Positions 18,069-27,045 of a DNA stretch of 32,000 nt are shown here, piece by piece (the stretch's first letter is position 1; each line of letters begins with the position of its first letter). The stretch covers positions 1,350,001 to 1,382,000 of the forward strand of contig NC_010163.1 in assembly GCF_000018785.1 (NCBI RefSeq), read 5' to 3'. A program made the position numbers and the translations under genes. The stretch comes from Acholeplasma laidlawii PG-8A (GTDB lineage Bacteria; Bacillota_I; Bacilli_A; Acholeplasmatales; Acholeplasmataceae). Under the pieces are notes generated by a model, which was not told the DNA's origin, made no database searches, and was given only the letters and a program-made list of their open reading frames with translations.

Positions 18069-19703
18069 TTAGCTTAATAACAATAATGTAGGGTTAGTTA
18101 ATAACTCTTTTACTCTCATTAAGAATCTACCACCATCTGCACCATCAATGATTCTGTGGTCAACAGCTAATGATAATGGTAATGTATGAGCAATTTTAAT
18201 TTCATTACCTACAACCCAAGGTTTTCTATCAATCTTACCAATACCTAAGATTGCCAATTCTGGGTAGTTAATTACAGGTGTTCCAAATGCAATACCTGCT
18301 GAACCAAAGTTAGTGATTGTAAATGTACCACCAGTTTGTTGATCCATAGAAATCTTTCTTGCAATTGTATCATCAGCAAGTGAACGCACTTGTGAAGCAA
18401 GTTCAAATACACTTAGTCTGTCTGCATTCTTGATATTTGGAACAATTAAACCATCTGGTGTATCAACAGCCATACCTAGGTTAATGAATTTTTTGATATA
18501 CACTTCATCTGTATCATGGTTAAATGATGCATTGAACATTGGGAATTCTTTTAATGCAATTAATACTGCTTTAGCAATAAATGCCATGTAAGTTAATTTA
18601 ATACCTTTAGATTCAGCTAAACCTTTAGCTTCATTTCTAAAGTTTACTAATGCATCTACGTTGATTTCATCCATTAATACTGTTTCAGGAATAATAGATT
18701 TAGAACGTGTCATTGCATTAGATACTGCTTTACGTAAACGTGTGATCTTAACAACTTCAACATCACCTTGTGGTTTACCTGCAGCAGCAAAACTTGGAGC
18801 AACTGAAGCAGCTGCTTGTGCTGGAGCCTGTGTTTGTTGAACTGGTGCTTGAGCCTTAGCTGGAGCTTTAGAGTTTTGAACATCATCTTTCATAACTCTA
18901 CCTTGTTCGCCACTACCTTTAATAGTTGCAATATCAACACCTAAATCACTTGCTAATTTACGAGCAACTGGAGACGCTAATACTTTACCAGTAGTTGCAA
19001 CAACATGAACTTCTTCTGAACCACCGATGATATCATCAGATACTTCGATTTCACCAACAACACCTGCACCTTTTTTAGGTTCAGATACTGGAGCTTCAGC
19101 TTTTGGAGCTTGAGCTTGTTCTAATGTAGCACCATTTTGTCCAATTAATACAACAGTTTCGCCTACGTGAATCACTTCACCTTCAGCTTTACCTAATTTT
19201 AGGATAGTTCCATCTACTGGAGATGGTAATTCAGCGTTCACTTTATCTGTTTCAACAACAACTAATGTTTCGCCTTCTTTTACTTTGTCGCCAACTTTGA
19301 AGTTCCATTGTAGAATTGTTCCTTCATGGATACCTTCTCCAATGTCAGCAAATTTGAAATCATAGATATCGCCACTTGCAGCTGGTGCAGCTACTTGAGG
19401 TGCTGCAGCTGGTGCTGGAGTTGGAGCTGATACTTGAGCAGGAGCTGGAGCAGCAGCAGGTGTACCTGTGCCGTCATCGATTGTAACGATGATTTGACCA
19501 ACGTGAATTTCTTCACCTTCTTTAGCACCTAATGAAACAATTGTTCCATCAACTGGAGATGGTAATTCAGCGTTTACTTTGTCTGTTTCAACAATAACTA
19601 ATGTTTCGCCTTCTTTTACTTTATCTCCAACTTTAAAATTCCATTGTAAGACGGTACCTTCATGGATACCTTCGCCGATGTCGGCAAATTTAAATTCATA
19701 CAT
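18069..19703 (-). CDS. pdhC: Pyruvate dehydrogenase E2 (dihydrolipoamide acetyltransferase) with two tandem lipoyl domains
   Basis: 544 aa. Two copies of FKFADIGEGIHEGT(V/I)LQWNFKVGDKVKEGETLV(I/V)VETDKVNAELPSPVDGTI, Ala/Pro linkers, peripheral-subunit-binding domain, C-terminal catalytic …SLAVDHRIIDGADGGRFL. Confidence 0.96.
   Translation of the reverse strand: MYEFKFADIGEGIHEGTVLQWNFKVGDKVKEGETLVIVETDKVNAELPSPVDGTIVSLGAKEGEEIHVGQIIVTIDDGTGTPAAAPAPAQVSAPTPAPAAAPQVAAPAASGDIYDFKFADIGEGIHEGTILQWNFKVGDKVKEGETLVVVETDKVNAELPSPVDGTILKLGKAEGEVIHVGETVVLIGQNGATLEQAQAPKAEAPVSEPKKGAGVVGEIEVSDDIIGGSEEVHVVATTGKVLASPVARKLASDLGVDIATIKGSGEQGRVMKDDVQNSKAPAKAQAPVQQTQAPAQAAASVAPSFAAAGKPQGDVEVVKITRLRKAVSNAMTRSKSIIPETVLMDEINVDALVNFRNEAKGLAESKGIKLTYMAFIAKAVLIALKEFPMFNASFNHDTDEVYIKKFINLGMAVDTPDGLIVPNIKNADRLSVFELASQVRSLADDTIARKISMDQQTGGTFTITNFGSAGIAFGTPVINYPELAILGIGKIDRKPWVVGNEIKIAHTLPLSLAVDHRIIDGADGGRFLMRVKELLTNPTLLLLS
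19129..19703 (-). repeat. Tandem lipoyl-domain coding repeat, 336-nt offset
   Basis: aa 2-78 and aa 114-190 of PdhC align at a fixed offset of 112 aa; the underlying nucleotide sequence is also highly similar. Confidence 0.85.
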
Positions 19704-19716
19704 ATGTCGTACCTCC

Positions 19717-20700
19717 TTATGGTCTTGCTTTAGCTAATTTTCTAATGTAAGCAGCAATCTTTTCAGGTTGTGGGAAGTGATAATGTTCTCCTCTAGCTAA
19801 AGGTACTGTAATATCAAATCCTGTAAAACGTACTGGAGCAGCTTCTAAATGGAAGAATGCTTTTTCATTAACCATTGTAATAAGTTCTGCAGCTGGACCA
19901 TAAGATTTAACAGCTTCTGTAACAACCATGAATTTACCTGTTTTCTTAACAGAGTTTAAAATAGTTTCTTCATCAATTGGTGAAATAGTTCTTAAGTCAA
20001 TAATTTCAACAGAAATACCTTCTGCTTCAACTAACTTAACAGCCTTTTCAACTTCACGTACGATTGAACCCCATGCAACAACGGTCATATCAGTACCTTG
20101 TTTTACAACTTTTGCTTTACCAATTGGAATTTCATACATTTCTGCAGGAACTTCTTGTTTACCAGCTCTATAAATTCTCTTAGGTTCTAAGAAAACAACT
20201 GGGTCTGGATCATTGATGGCAGCAAGTAATAAACCTTTTGCATCATATGGTGTAGAAGGTGTTACTACTTTTAAACCTGGGATTGAACCAAATAAAACTT
20301 CTAATGCTTCAGAGTGGTGTTCTAAAGCACGGATACCACCACCGTGTGGTAAACGTAATACCATTGGAACAGTAAATTGTCCACGGCTTCTATTACGCAT
20401 ACGTGCAGCGTGTGTAACTAAATCTGTATAACCTGGGAAAATAAATCCGTCAAATTGAATTTCAGCGATTGGTTTAAGACCATTAATTGCCATACCTACT
20501 GCAGAACCTACGATTGCAGATTCAGCGATTGGAGTGTCAAATACTCTTGTCTCACCATATTTCTTTTGAAGGCCAGCTGTGACACGGAATACCCCACCTT
20601 CAAAACCAGCGTCTTCACCAAATACAACGATAGACTCATCTTTTTCCATTGCTTGGTCAATAGCTTGATTGATTGCTTCTAATAGTGTGATGATTGCCAT
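19717..20700 (-). CDS. pdhB: Pyruvate dehydrogenase E1 beta subunit
   Basis: 327 aa. VVFGEDAGFEGGVFRVTAGLQKKYG…VFDTPIAESAIVGSAVGMA…PIAEIQFDGFIFPGYTDL. Confidence 0.96.
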   Translation of the reverse strand: MAIITLLEAINQAIDQAMEKDESIVVFGEDAGFEGGVFRVTAGLQKKYGETRVFDTPIAESAIVGSAVGMAINGLKPIAEIQFDGFIFPGYTDLVTHAARMRNRSRGQFTVPMVLRLPHGGGIRALEHHSEALEVLFGSIPGLKVVTPSTPYDAKGLLLAAINDPDPVVFLEPKRIYRAGKQEVPAEMYEIPIGKAKVVKQGTDMTVVAWGSIVREVEKAVKLVEAEGISVEIIDLRTISPIDEETILNSVKKTGKFMVVTEAVKSYGPAAELITMVNEKAFFHLEAAPVRFTGFDITVPLARGEHYHFPQPEKIAAYIRKLAKARP

Positions 20701-20701
20701 A

Positions 20702-21787
20702 TTACTTTACTCCTTCCAAATACTTTTTGTGTTCTTCGTATTGTTCCTTTAATTGAGGAGTCATTTCTGCATATGTATGTTCGAAGATTTCGATTAATTC
20801 AACATTTGCTCCATAACTTTCAACTTTCTTGAATGTATCATTGATTTCTGCTAATACTTCTTCTTCTAATTTCTTATCTTCTTCTTCAGACCAATAGCCT
20901 TTATTGATTAAGTATGTCTTAAATCTAGCAATTTGATCTTTCTTTGCCCATTCGTTTTCTTCTTCTTTAGTTCTGTAAATTGAAGGGTCATCAGAAGTTG
21001 TATGAGGTCCCATACGGTATGTGAATGCTTCAATTAAAGTTGGACCATCACCTTTTCTAGCACGATCCATAGCTTCTTTACTTGCAACATACATAGCTAA
21101 CATATCGTTACCATCTACTTGGATGTAAGGAATACCGAATGCTACACCTTTTTGAGCTAATGTTTCTGAGTTAGAAGCTTTTCTAACTGGAGTTGAAATC
21201 GCCCATTGGTTGTTTTGGATAACAGCAACAACTGGAGCTTTAAATGATGCAGCAAAGTTTAATCCTTCATAGAATTCACCATGTGCTGTACCACCATCAC
21301 CGATTGTGAATGCAGTTACTTCATTTGTTTTTCTAATTTTTGAAGCCATTGCTAAACCAGCAGCAATATTTGATTGTGAACCAATAATAATATTTGTTGG
21401 TAAGATTTTCACGCCTTCAGGTTTGATTGAACCTCTTTCGTTACCATACCAGTATAAGAACACATTTTCTAATTTATCGCCACGATATAATAAAGTGTTT
21501 AACTCTCTATACATTGGTGAGTTCCAGTCTTGTGGTTCCATTGCAGCAGCCATACCAATTTGTGCTGCTTCTTGTCCCATGTTTGGTGCATAGGTTAACA
21601 TACGACCTTGTCTTTGGTATTGTAATGCTTTAATATCAGCATTACGACCTAAAACTGCAGTCTTATACATTTTTAACAATGTCTCTTTCGGTAATTTTGG
21701 TTCCATTTTCTCGTTAACCACTTTACCGTTTTGATCTAGTATTTGAAATTGCTTATCTTTTGAAGCATCATATTTCTTTGCGATCAT
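20702..21787 (-). CDS. pdhA: Pyruvate dehydrogenase E1 alpha subunit
   Basis: 361 aa. ThDP motif (IGDGGTAHGEFYEGLNFAASFKAPVVAVIQNNQWAISTP), YRMGPHTTSDDPS. 1 nt upstream of pdhB. Confidence 0.96.
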   Translation of the reverse strand: MIAKKYDASKDKQFQILDQNGKVVNEKMEPKLPKETLLKMYKTAVLGRNADIKALQYQRQGRMLTYAPNMGQEAAQIGMAAAMEPQDWNSPMYRELNTLLYRGDKLENVFLYWYGNERGSIKPEGVKILPTNIIIGSQSNIAAGLAMASKIRKTNEVTAFTIGDGGTAHGEFYEGLNFAASFKAPVVAVIQNNQWAISTPVRKASNSETLAQKGVAFGIPYIQVDGNDMLAMYVASKEAMDRARKGDGPTLIEAFTYRMGPHTTSDDPSIYRTKEEENEWAKKDQIARFKTYLINKGYWSEEEDKKLEEEVLAEINDTFKKVESYGANVELIEIFEHTYAEMTPQLKEQYEEHKKYLEGVK

Positions 21788-21836
21788 AACTTCCTCCTAA
21801 TTAAAAAGTTTTTATCATAACTAGATTATATAATAA

Positions 21837-21866
21837 AAAAGCCTAATCACATTGAAAAAGGCTTTT
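21837..21866 (-). terminator. Rho-independent terminator between fic and pdhA
   Basis: aaaagcct…aggctttt, 8-bp stem, 14-nt loop, followed by T-rich sequence on the minus strand. Confidence 0.7.
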
Positions 21867-21942
21867 AAAAAACTTACGCTGTTAACCGATTGTGTATTTC
21901 TTCCACACATTTTGGTATTTATACAACATTTGATGAACTTTT

Positions 21943-22542
21943 TTAATTCTCTTTAACGATGATTTTATTTAAAATCGTCTTAATGTTCAAGAATTCTCCG
22001 ATTGCGCCCCACACAAATCCATTACGTAAATCATTACTTGCTAAACCAAACCCTTCTAAGTCGATTTGGTAGCCATATTTTCTAACAAATAAGTCCATAT
22101 ACACGATTAAAGTTCTTGTATTACCTTCTCTAAGTGGGTGGACCACCCAAAGATCAACTATAAACTTACATAAATGGTCAATAAACTCTGATTTTGTTAC
22201 AAATTTCCATGGATAGCCTTGGTATTTTAAATCTATTTGTTTAAGTTCTTTTTCAATTGTTCTAAAGTCTGCAAATTCAACTAAACCATCACCTAAAATA
22301 AATTCTGAGGTTGTCATATTTACAGTTCTAATTTGTCCAGCCCATGGAAAAACATTCTCAAATAGCAGTTTATGCAACTCTAAAAAATCAAACGCACTCT
22401 CCATTTTTGGTGGATTTTTAAGGATATTTAGCATTGCAAGGCCAAATTGGTTGGCTGTATAGGTCTTTAATAGTGCTTTATCCCTTATACCCATGACATT
22501 TACATGGGTATTAGTGCCTTCATAAAAATATGGATCACTCAT
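21943..22542 (-). CDS. Fic family protein (putative toxin)
   Basis: 199 aa. FPWAGQIRTVNM, core motif HPLREGNTRTLIVYM. Overlaps the upstream antitoxin-like gene by 4 nt (ATGA). Confidence 0.85.
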   Translation of the reverse strand: MSDPYFYEGTNTHVNVMGIRDKALLKTYTANQFGLAMLNILKNPPKMESAFDFLELHKLLFENVFPWAGQIRTVNMTTSEFILGDGLVEFADFRTIEKELKQIDLKYQGYPWKFVTKSEFIDHLCKFIVDLWVVHPLREGNTRTLIVYMDLFVRKYGYQIDLEGFGLASNDLRNGFVWGAIGEFLNIKTILNKIIVKEN

Positions 22543-22862
22543 CGTATTTTCCTACTTAATGCAAAGACTGCAGTATCTAAATCTATTAAGTTCTTAGCAT
22601 AGAGTTTTAAGATGTTATTTGCATAATCACTAGGTATACCTCCACCAAAGGCATTATAAGCTACTGCTTTTTCTAGTTCTTTATATGCTTTCTCGTATTG
22701 AGGTAGTTTTACTTCAAAAGGAATACCTTCTTCTAGTACTACTTGACGTAAAAATATATTGATAGCATCAGAAATTCTTAAATTAAAGTTTTTTAATATC
22801 TCTTCTGCTTTAGTTTTTGTATCTTCATCAATTCTTACATTGATATATTCATTCTTTTTCAT
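22539..22862 (-). CDS. RelB/DinJ-family antitoxin-like protein
   Basis: EYINVRIDEDTKTKAEEILKNFNLRISDAINIFLRQVVLEEGIPFEV resembles the DinJ/RelB RHH region. Start placed at ATG 22862 behind a TTAGGTGATA RBS-like stretch rather than the track start at 22889. Confidence 0.8.
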   Translation of the reverse strand: MKKNEYINVRIDEDTKTKAEEILKNFNLRISDAINIFLRQVVLEEGIPFEVKLPQYEKAYKELEKAVAYNAFGGGIPSDYANNILKLYAKNLIDLDTAVFALSRKIR

Positions 22863-22991
22863 ATTATCACCTAACTCATTGTAACACATTTGTTTTACAA
22901 AATAAACTATAAAACATTCTAAAATATTCTTTTATTTCTCATAATATTTAATTAGATATTTCATACACTATTTTTTTATCTAGTTATAATA

Positions 22992-23028
22992 AAAACAAGT
23001 CACCCCTATCTATGGGATGACTTGTTTT
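22992..23028 (-). terminator. Rho-independent terminator downstream of the 166-aa orphan gene
   Basis: aaaacaagtca…tgacttgtttt, 11-bp stem extended by ccc/ggg after one mismatch. Confidence 0.8.
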
Positions 23029-23047
23029 ACTACAAATTATTTGATTG

Positions 23048-23548
23048 TTATTTTTTATTTTCTACATCGTTTATATTGTTATTCTTATTTTTCTTTTGAA
23101 TATATACATGTGTTGCAGACATTGATATAATTGCAAGTCCGGTGGCTATAAATATTCTAGGATTAATACCGTTTAACACTAACCAATTTGGAATTCTAAT
23201 ACCATCATTATAATATCGATTCGTTGTTATATATCCGAATGTTGAGTTAACAATCGCTAACGTCCCTGAGTCTTCCCCTTCATAACGATACATCGCAAGT
23301 GAAACAGAAGTATATAGTGTTAATTCTTCTATATTATTACTTGTTAATATGATGTACATAGTGCCTTCATTATATAAAGCTTGATGTATCTTTATTTCAG
23401 TTAAATCACCTAGATACTTTTCTAATCTATAAACTGCAGTACTATAATCTCTTTCACTTTTGGTTGGTAAACACATTAATACAAACATTATCATAGTAAA
23501 TATGCCTACAACCCAATATATTTTTTTACGTTCACTTAATACTTTCAT
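23048..23548 (-). CDS. Hypothetical membrane protein (two TMs flanking an extracytoplasmic domain)
   Basis: 166 aa. N-terminal WVVGIFTMIMFVLMCL and C-terminal IFIATGLAIISMSATHVY hydrophobic segments; no recognised domain. Confidence 0.5.
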   Translation of the reverse strand: MKVLSERKKIYWVVGIFTMIMFVLMCLPTKSERDYSTAVYRLEKYLGDLTEIKIHQALYNEGTMYIILTSNNIEELTLYTSVSLAMYRYEGEDSGTLAIVNSTFGYITTNRYYNDGIRIPNWLVLNGINPRIFIATGLAIISMSATHVYIQKKNKNNNINDVENKK

Positions 23549-23646
23549 ATCCTATTTTCCCCTTTAATAGTAGATATTTATTTCATTTAATATTTTATCA
23601 GCACTTAAGTGTAAGAAATTATTTATATAACATGTATGACATCTAA

Positions 23647-24516
23647 TTATTTATTTTTATTCTTATGAAGTATTAAAATTAATTCTCTTAAAGATTTTGC
23701 AGCAACTGCATTGGATGCACCACTTGGATCTAAGTAAGGTGATAACTCAACAATATCAGCACCTACTATATGGTTTAATTTCTCAAATTGATCAAAAGCC
23801 CATAATAAGTCTTTGTATTGCATACCACCTGGTTCAGGTGTACCTGTACCAGGAAATACTGCAGGATCTAGTACATCTAAGTCGATTGTAATATATACAG
23901 GTTTATCTTTGATTTGTTCAACAATCTTATCTAGACCTTCAAAATCAAACTTTTGTTGGTGGATATGTTTTTTGGCCCACTCAAACTCATGCTTGTCACC
24001 ACTTCTAATACCGAATTGGAATATTTTGTGGTCTCCTAAGAATTTATGAGCTTGTCTCATAAATGTTGCATGAGATAGTTCTCTACCAAAAAACTCTTCG
24101 CGTAAATCTGTATGTGCATCTAAATGAATAACATGTAAATCATTATACTTTTCATGTAATGCTTTTAATACAGGATAAGTAATTAAGTGTTCTCCACCAA
24201 TAACCATCGGTTTCTTGCCGTCTTTAATGACAGTTTTAGTTGCTTCATATACGATATCTAGTGCATCTTCAACTGCACCAATTGGTAAATCTAAATCCCC
24301 CGTATCTACAGTTTTAAAATCTTTTAAGTCTGCATCACGGTAAGGTGAGTACCATTCTACCCCAAAAGAGTCTACACGTATTGCATTACCTGCAAAACGT
24401 GTACCTGGTCTAAAGGATGTTGTTGCATCCATTGGTACTGAATATATAACTACATCTGCTTCATCATAGCTTGATGTGCATGATTGAAATGATAAATCTA
24501 CTTTACTTAATTTCAT
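23647..24516 (-). CDS. speB: Agmatinase / ureohydrolase family
   Basis: 289 aa. GGEHLITYPV, HLDAHTDLREEF, ITIDLDVLDPAVFPGTGTPEPGG, metal-binding motifs of ureohydrolases. Confidence 0.92.
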   Translation of the reverse strand: MKLSKVDLSFQSCTSSYDEADVVIYSVPMDATTSFRPGTRFAGNAIRVDSFGVEWYSPYRDADLKDFKTVDTGDLDLPIGAVEDALDIVYEATKTVIKDGKKPMVIGGEHLITYPVLKALHEKYNDLHVIHLDAHTDLREEFFGRELSHATFMRQAHKFLGDHKIFQFGIRSGDKHEFEWAKKHIHQQKFDFEGLDKIVEQIKDKPVYITIDLDVLDPAVFPGTGTPEPGGMQYKDLLWAFDQFEKLNHIVGADIVELSPYLDPSGASNAVAAKSLRELILILHKNKNK

Positions 24517-25988
24517 AAGTCTCCCTCATATTTAAACCACAAGTCTTTGTCTACTACTTTAATATATCCATCTTCTGTGTCAGATAATATGGTAGATCCT
24601 TGGGCTGTATAAAATTCTAAGTCCTCTAATATTTCTTGATTAATAATTTCTCCTGGTATGACAAGCGGTATGCCTGGAGGATACACCATGATGTTTTCTG
24701 CAGCTACTTCATTTAAAGCATCTTCTATTTTTACATATTTTTTAGGTGCGTGATATGCCTCACGTGGTCTGGTATAAGAATCTGGATATGTAAATCTAAT
24801 CTTGTGAGCAATCTTAACATCTTTTTTATACGCGACTAGCCCTTTTAAACCTTCAACAAATCTATCTAGATCGTTTTGAGTAGTACCAATGGATAGGACC
24901 GCCAATATAAGGTGCGTTTCAGCTAACTCCATTTGAATACCAAACTTATCACTTAATATGTTATATGCTTCAAAACCTGTAATACCTAAGTCTGATACTT
25001 TAACCATAATTTTTGTTTCATCATAGTTAAAACCTTTATTGTTTATAACATCTTGTTTGGTCATAGCTTTTAAACCAGATATCTGATTGATTTCATCTCT
25101 AGTTTTTCGAGTCATCTCGATGACTTTATCTAATGCTTCTTTACCATGCACTGCGATATGGCTTCTAGATGCATCTATCGATGCCATAAATAAGGAGGAT
25201 GGTGATGTAGACTGTAAGATATTTAAAGTAGATTGAACTCTACTTGGTTCTATGCGGTCTCCTTTAATAAGTAAGATAGAAGACTGTGTTAATGAACCTA
25301 CTGTTTTATGAATACTTCCTGCTGACATATCAGCACCAGCAGCCATAGCGCTAATTGGTAACTTATCATTAAAGTTAAAGTGTGCACCATGCGCTTCATC
25401 ACATAACACTAACATGTCATGTGCATGTGCAATCTTTACAACTTCTTCTAAGTTAGAAGTTACGCCAAAATAAGTCGGGTTAATTACAAATACTGCCTTA
25501 GCATCTGGATGTTCTGCAATCGTTTCTTTTAACTCTTCAATATCAATCCCATTAGCAATACCTAAGTCACTATCAATATAAGGTTTCATAAAAATAGGCA
25601 TAGCACCTGATAGGATAAGCCCATTAATCGCAGATTTATGGACATTTCTAGGTATAATGATCTTTTCTTTGGCACGGCAAGCAGTCATAATCATTGCCAT
25701 AATACCTTGTGATGTACCATTCATTAAAAAGTAAGCATGGTCTGCACCAAAAGCATCCGCTGCTAGCGCTTGTGCTTCTTTAATAACGCCTTTAGGTTTT
25801 GATAGATTATCTAAACCTCTTGGAGCATTAGCATCTAACAAAAATAGATGTTCTCCAACGTAGTTTCTAAAGTCGTTTTGTATAGCGCCTAGTTTATGAT
25901 CGGGCACGTCTAATGCGACAGTATGTGACTGTCCATAACTTTTAATTTTATCATAAAAAGGTGTTTTGGTTTGGTCTAATTTTGCCAC
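24513..25988 (-). CDS. speA: Aminotransferase-fold Orn/Lys/Arg decarboxylase (probable arginine decarboxylase)
   Basis: 491 aa. LMNGTSQGIMAMI, VLCDEAHGAHFNFN, AGSIHKTVGSLTQSS (PLP Lys), IMVYPPGIPLVIPGE. Overlaps speB by 4 nt. Confidence 0.88.
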   Translation of the reverse strand: MAKLDQTKTPFYDKIKSYGQSHTVALDVPDHKLGAIQNDFRNYVGEHLFLLDANAPRGLDNLSKPKGVIKEAQALAADAFGADHAYFLMNGTSQGIMAMIMTACRAKEKIIIPRNVHKSAINGLILSGAMPIFMKPYIDSDLGIANGIDIEELKETIAEHPDAKAVFVINPTYFGVTSNLEEVVKIAHAHDMLVLCDEAHGAHFNFNDKLPISAMAAGADMSAGSIHKTVGSLTQSSILLIKGDRIEPSRVQSTLNILQSTSPSSLFMASIDASRSHIAVHGKEALDKVIEMTRKTRDEINQISGLKAMTKQDVINNKGFNYDETKIMVKVSDLGITGFEAYNILSDKFGIQMELAETHLILAVLSIGTTQNDLDRFVEGLKGLVAYKKDVKIAHKIRFTYPDSYTRPREAYHAPKKYVKIEDALNEVAAENIMVYPPGIPLVIPGEIINQEILEDLEFYTAQGSTILSDTEDGYIKVVDKDLWFKYEGDL

Positions 25989-26115
25989 TGATGCACACTC
26001 CCTTATTGTATTATTATTTTGTTAATTTATAATACCATATTATTCATTTTTTTAAAGAATAAATAACCATATTTTGTGTAAATGTCGTATAATATAATCT
26101 ACTGGGGGTTACGTT

Positions 26116-26970
26116 ATGAAAAGAAGACAAATTATTATTTTTAGCATCGTCATTGCATTTAGTATTTTAGTGTTAACACTATCTATTTTATCGCTTGTTT
26201 TTGATGAATATTTAGCATCAACTATTGATGTTATTGGTATTCGTATTGCTGCAATTGTTATTGCATTTGGTTCCTTTGGTTCAAGTACTTTATTTAGTCT
26301 ATTAATCCTTCATCACAATACAACCGTCAGTCAAATTAATGATGACGTCAACAGACGTGCAGAATTATTTAGAGAGTTACAATTTAACTCTAGTAACTAC
26401 TCCATTATTGAATTTATGGACCGCATGTTAATATATAACGAATCAGAAAGATACGTTGAAAGATATGTCCAAAGAAAAGATTATGTATTCCATATGATTG
26501 AACAAAATGCTGATATTGATCATGTTGCATCAAATATTAACGACTATAAATTCTTCTCCTTTAAAATACCATTTAAGGTTGTTGAAGGTAAACTTATATC
26601 TAAAATTACATTTAATCAAATTTACTTTGAAAGACAGGATACAAGATTCTTCTTTGTACCTCCAAAGGGGTATCCATATAGTAGAGCATTCTTGCTATAT
26701 AATGAAACAACCAAACGAAACAACGTCATTATTAACTTGATTGTTAAAAAGGAAAGTGCATTCTTTGTTCCTGAAGAAATTAATGTATTCTCTAAAATTA
26801 AGATGGATATGACAATCGTCAGTTTACTTGGTGTAGGTATTCACGGTTTAAGTGAACTTTACTTTACAAACCCAGTTAAAATTGAAGGCGATCTCACAAA
26901 TACATATAAGATCAACTCTTCAAACTTCATATTAAAAGGTATGCCTTTCTTATCTAAAGAAGAACAATAA
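26116..26970 (+). CDS. Hypothetical membrane protein (two N-terminal TMs plus ~210-aa soluble domain)
   Basis: 284 aa. RBS tGGGGGttacgttATG; hydrophobic IIIFSIVIAFSILVLTLSILSLVF and IAAIVIAFGSFGSSTLFSLLIL; own terminator. Confidence 0.65.
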   Translation: MKRRQIIIFSIVIAFSILVLTLSILSLVFDEYLASTIDVIGIRIAAIVIAFGSFGSSTLFSLLILHHNTTVSQINDDVNRRAELFRELQFNSSNYSIIEFMDRMLIYNESERYVERYVQRKDYVFHMIEQNADIDHVASNINDYKFFSFKIPFKVVEGKLISKITFNQIYFERQDTRFFFVPPKGYPYSRAFLLYNETTKRNNVIINLIVKKESAFFVPEEINVFSKIKMDMTIVSLLGVGIHGLSELYFTNPVKIEGDLTNTYKINSSNFILKGMPFLSKEEQ

Positions 26971-27006
26971 TCATAATGAAGATGGATTTCTATCTTCATT
27001 ATGATT
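26969..27006 (+). terminator. Rho-independent terminator of the 284-aa orphan gene
   Basis: aatcataatgaagat-ggatttct-atcttcattatgatt, 15-bp perfect stem followed by ttta. Confidence 0.8.
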
Positions 27007-27045
27007 TTTATGTTAAAGTATACATATAATAAGAGGGTGTACAAT

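Noticed and set aside
19928-21633. Plus-strand ORFs across pdhA/pdhB (19928, 20213, 20455, 21306, 21427)
   Set aside because: Antisense to highly conserved pyruvate dehydrogenase genes.
22992-23548. Third component of the Fic toxin-antitoxin module
   Set aside because: The 166-aa orphan is on the same strand but is separated from the antitoxin gene by a strong terminator (22992-23028), so co-transcription is unlikely.
23697-24049. Plus-strand ORFs 23697..23891 and 23813..24049
   Set aside because: Antisense to the agmatinase gene.
26498-27044. ORFs 26498..26740 (+) and 26859..27044 (-)
   Set aside because: The first is an out-of-frame ORF inside the 284-aa gene; the second is antisense to its 3' end and terminator.
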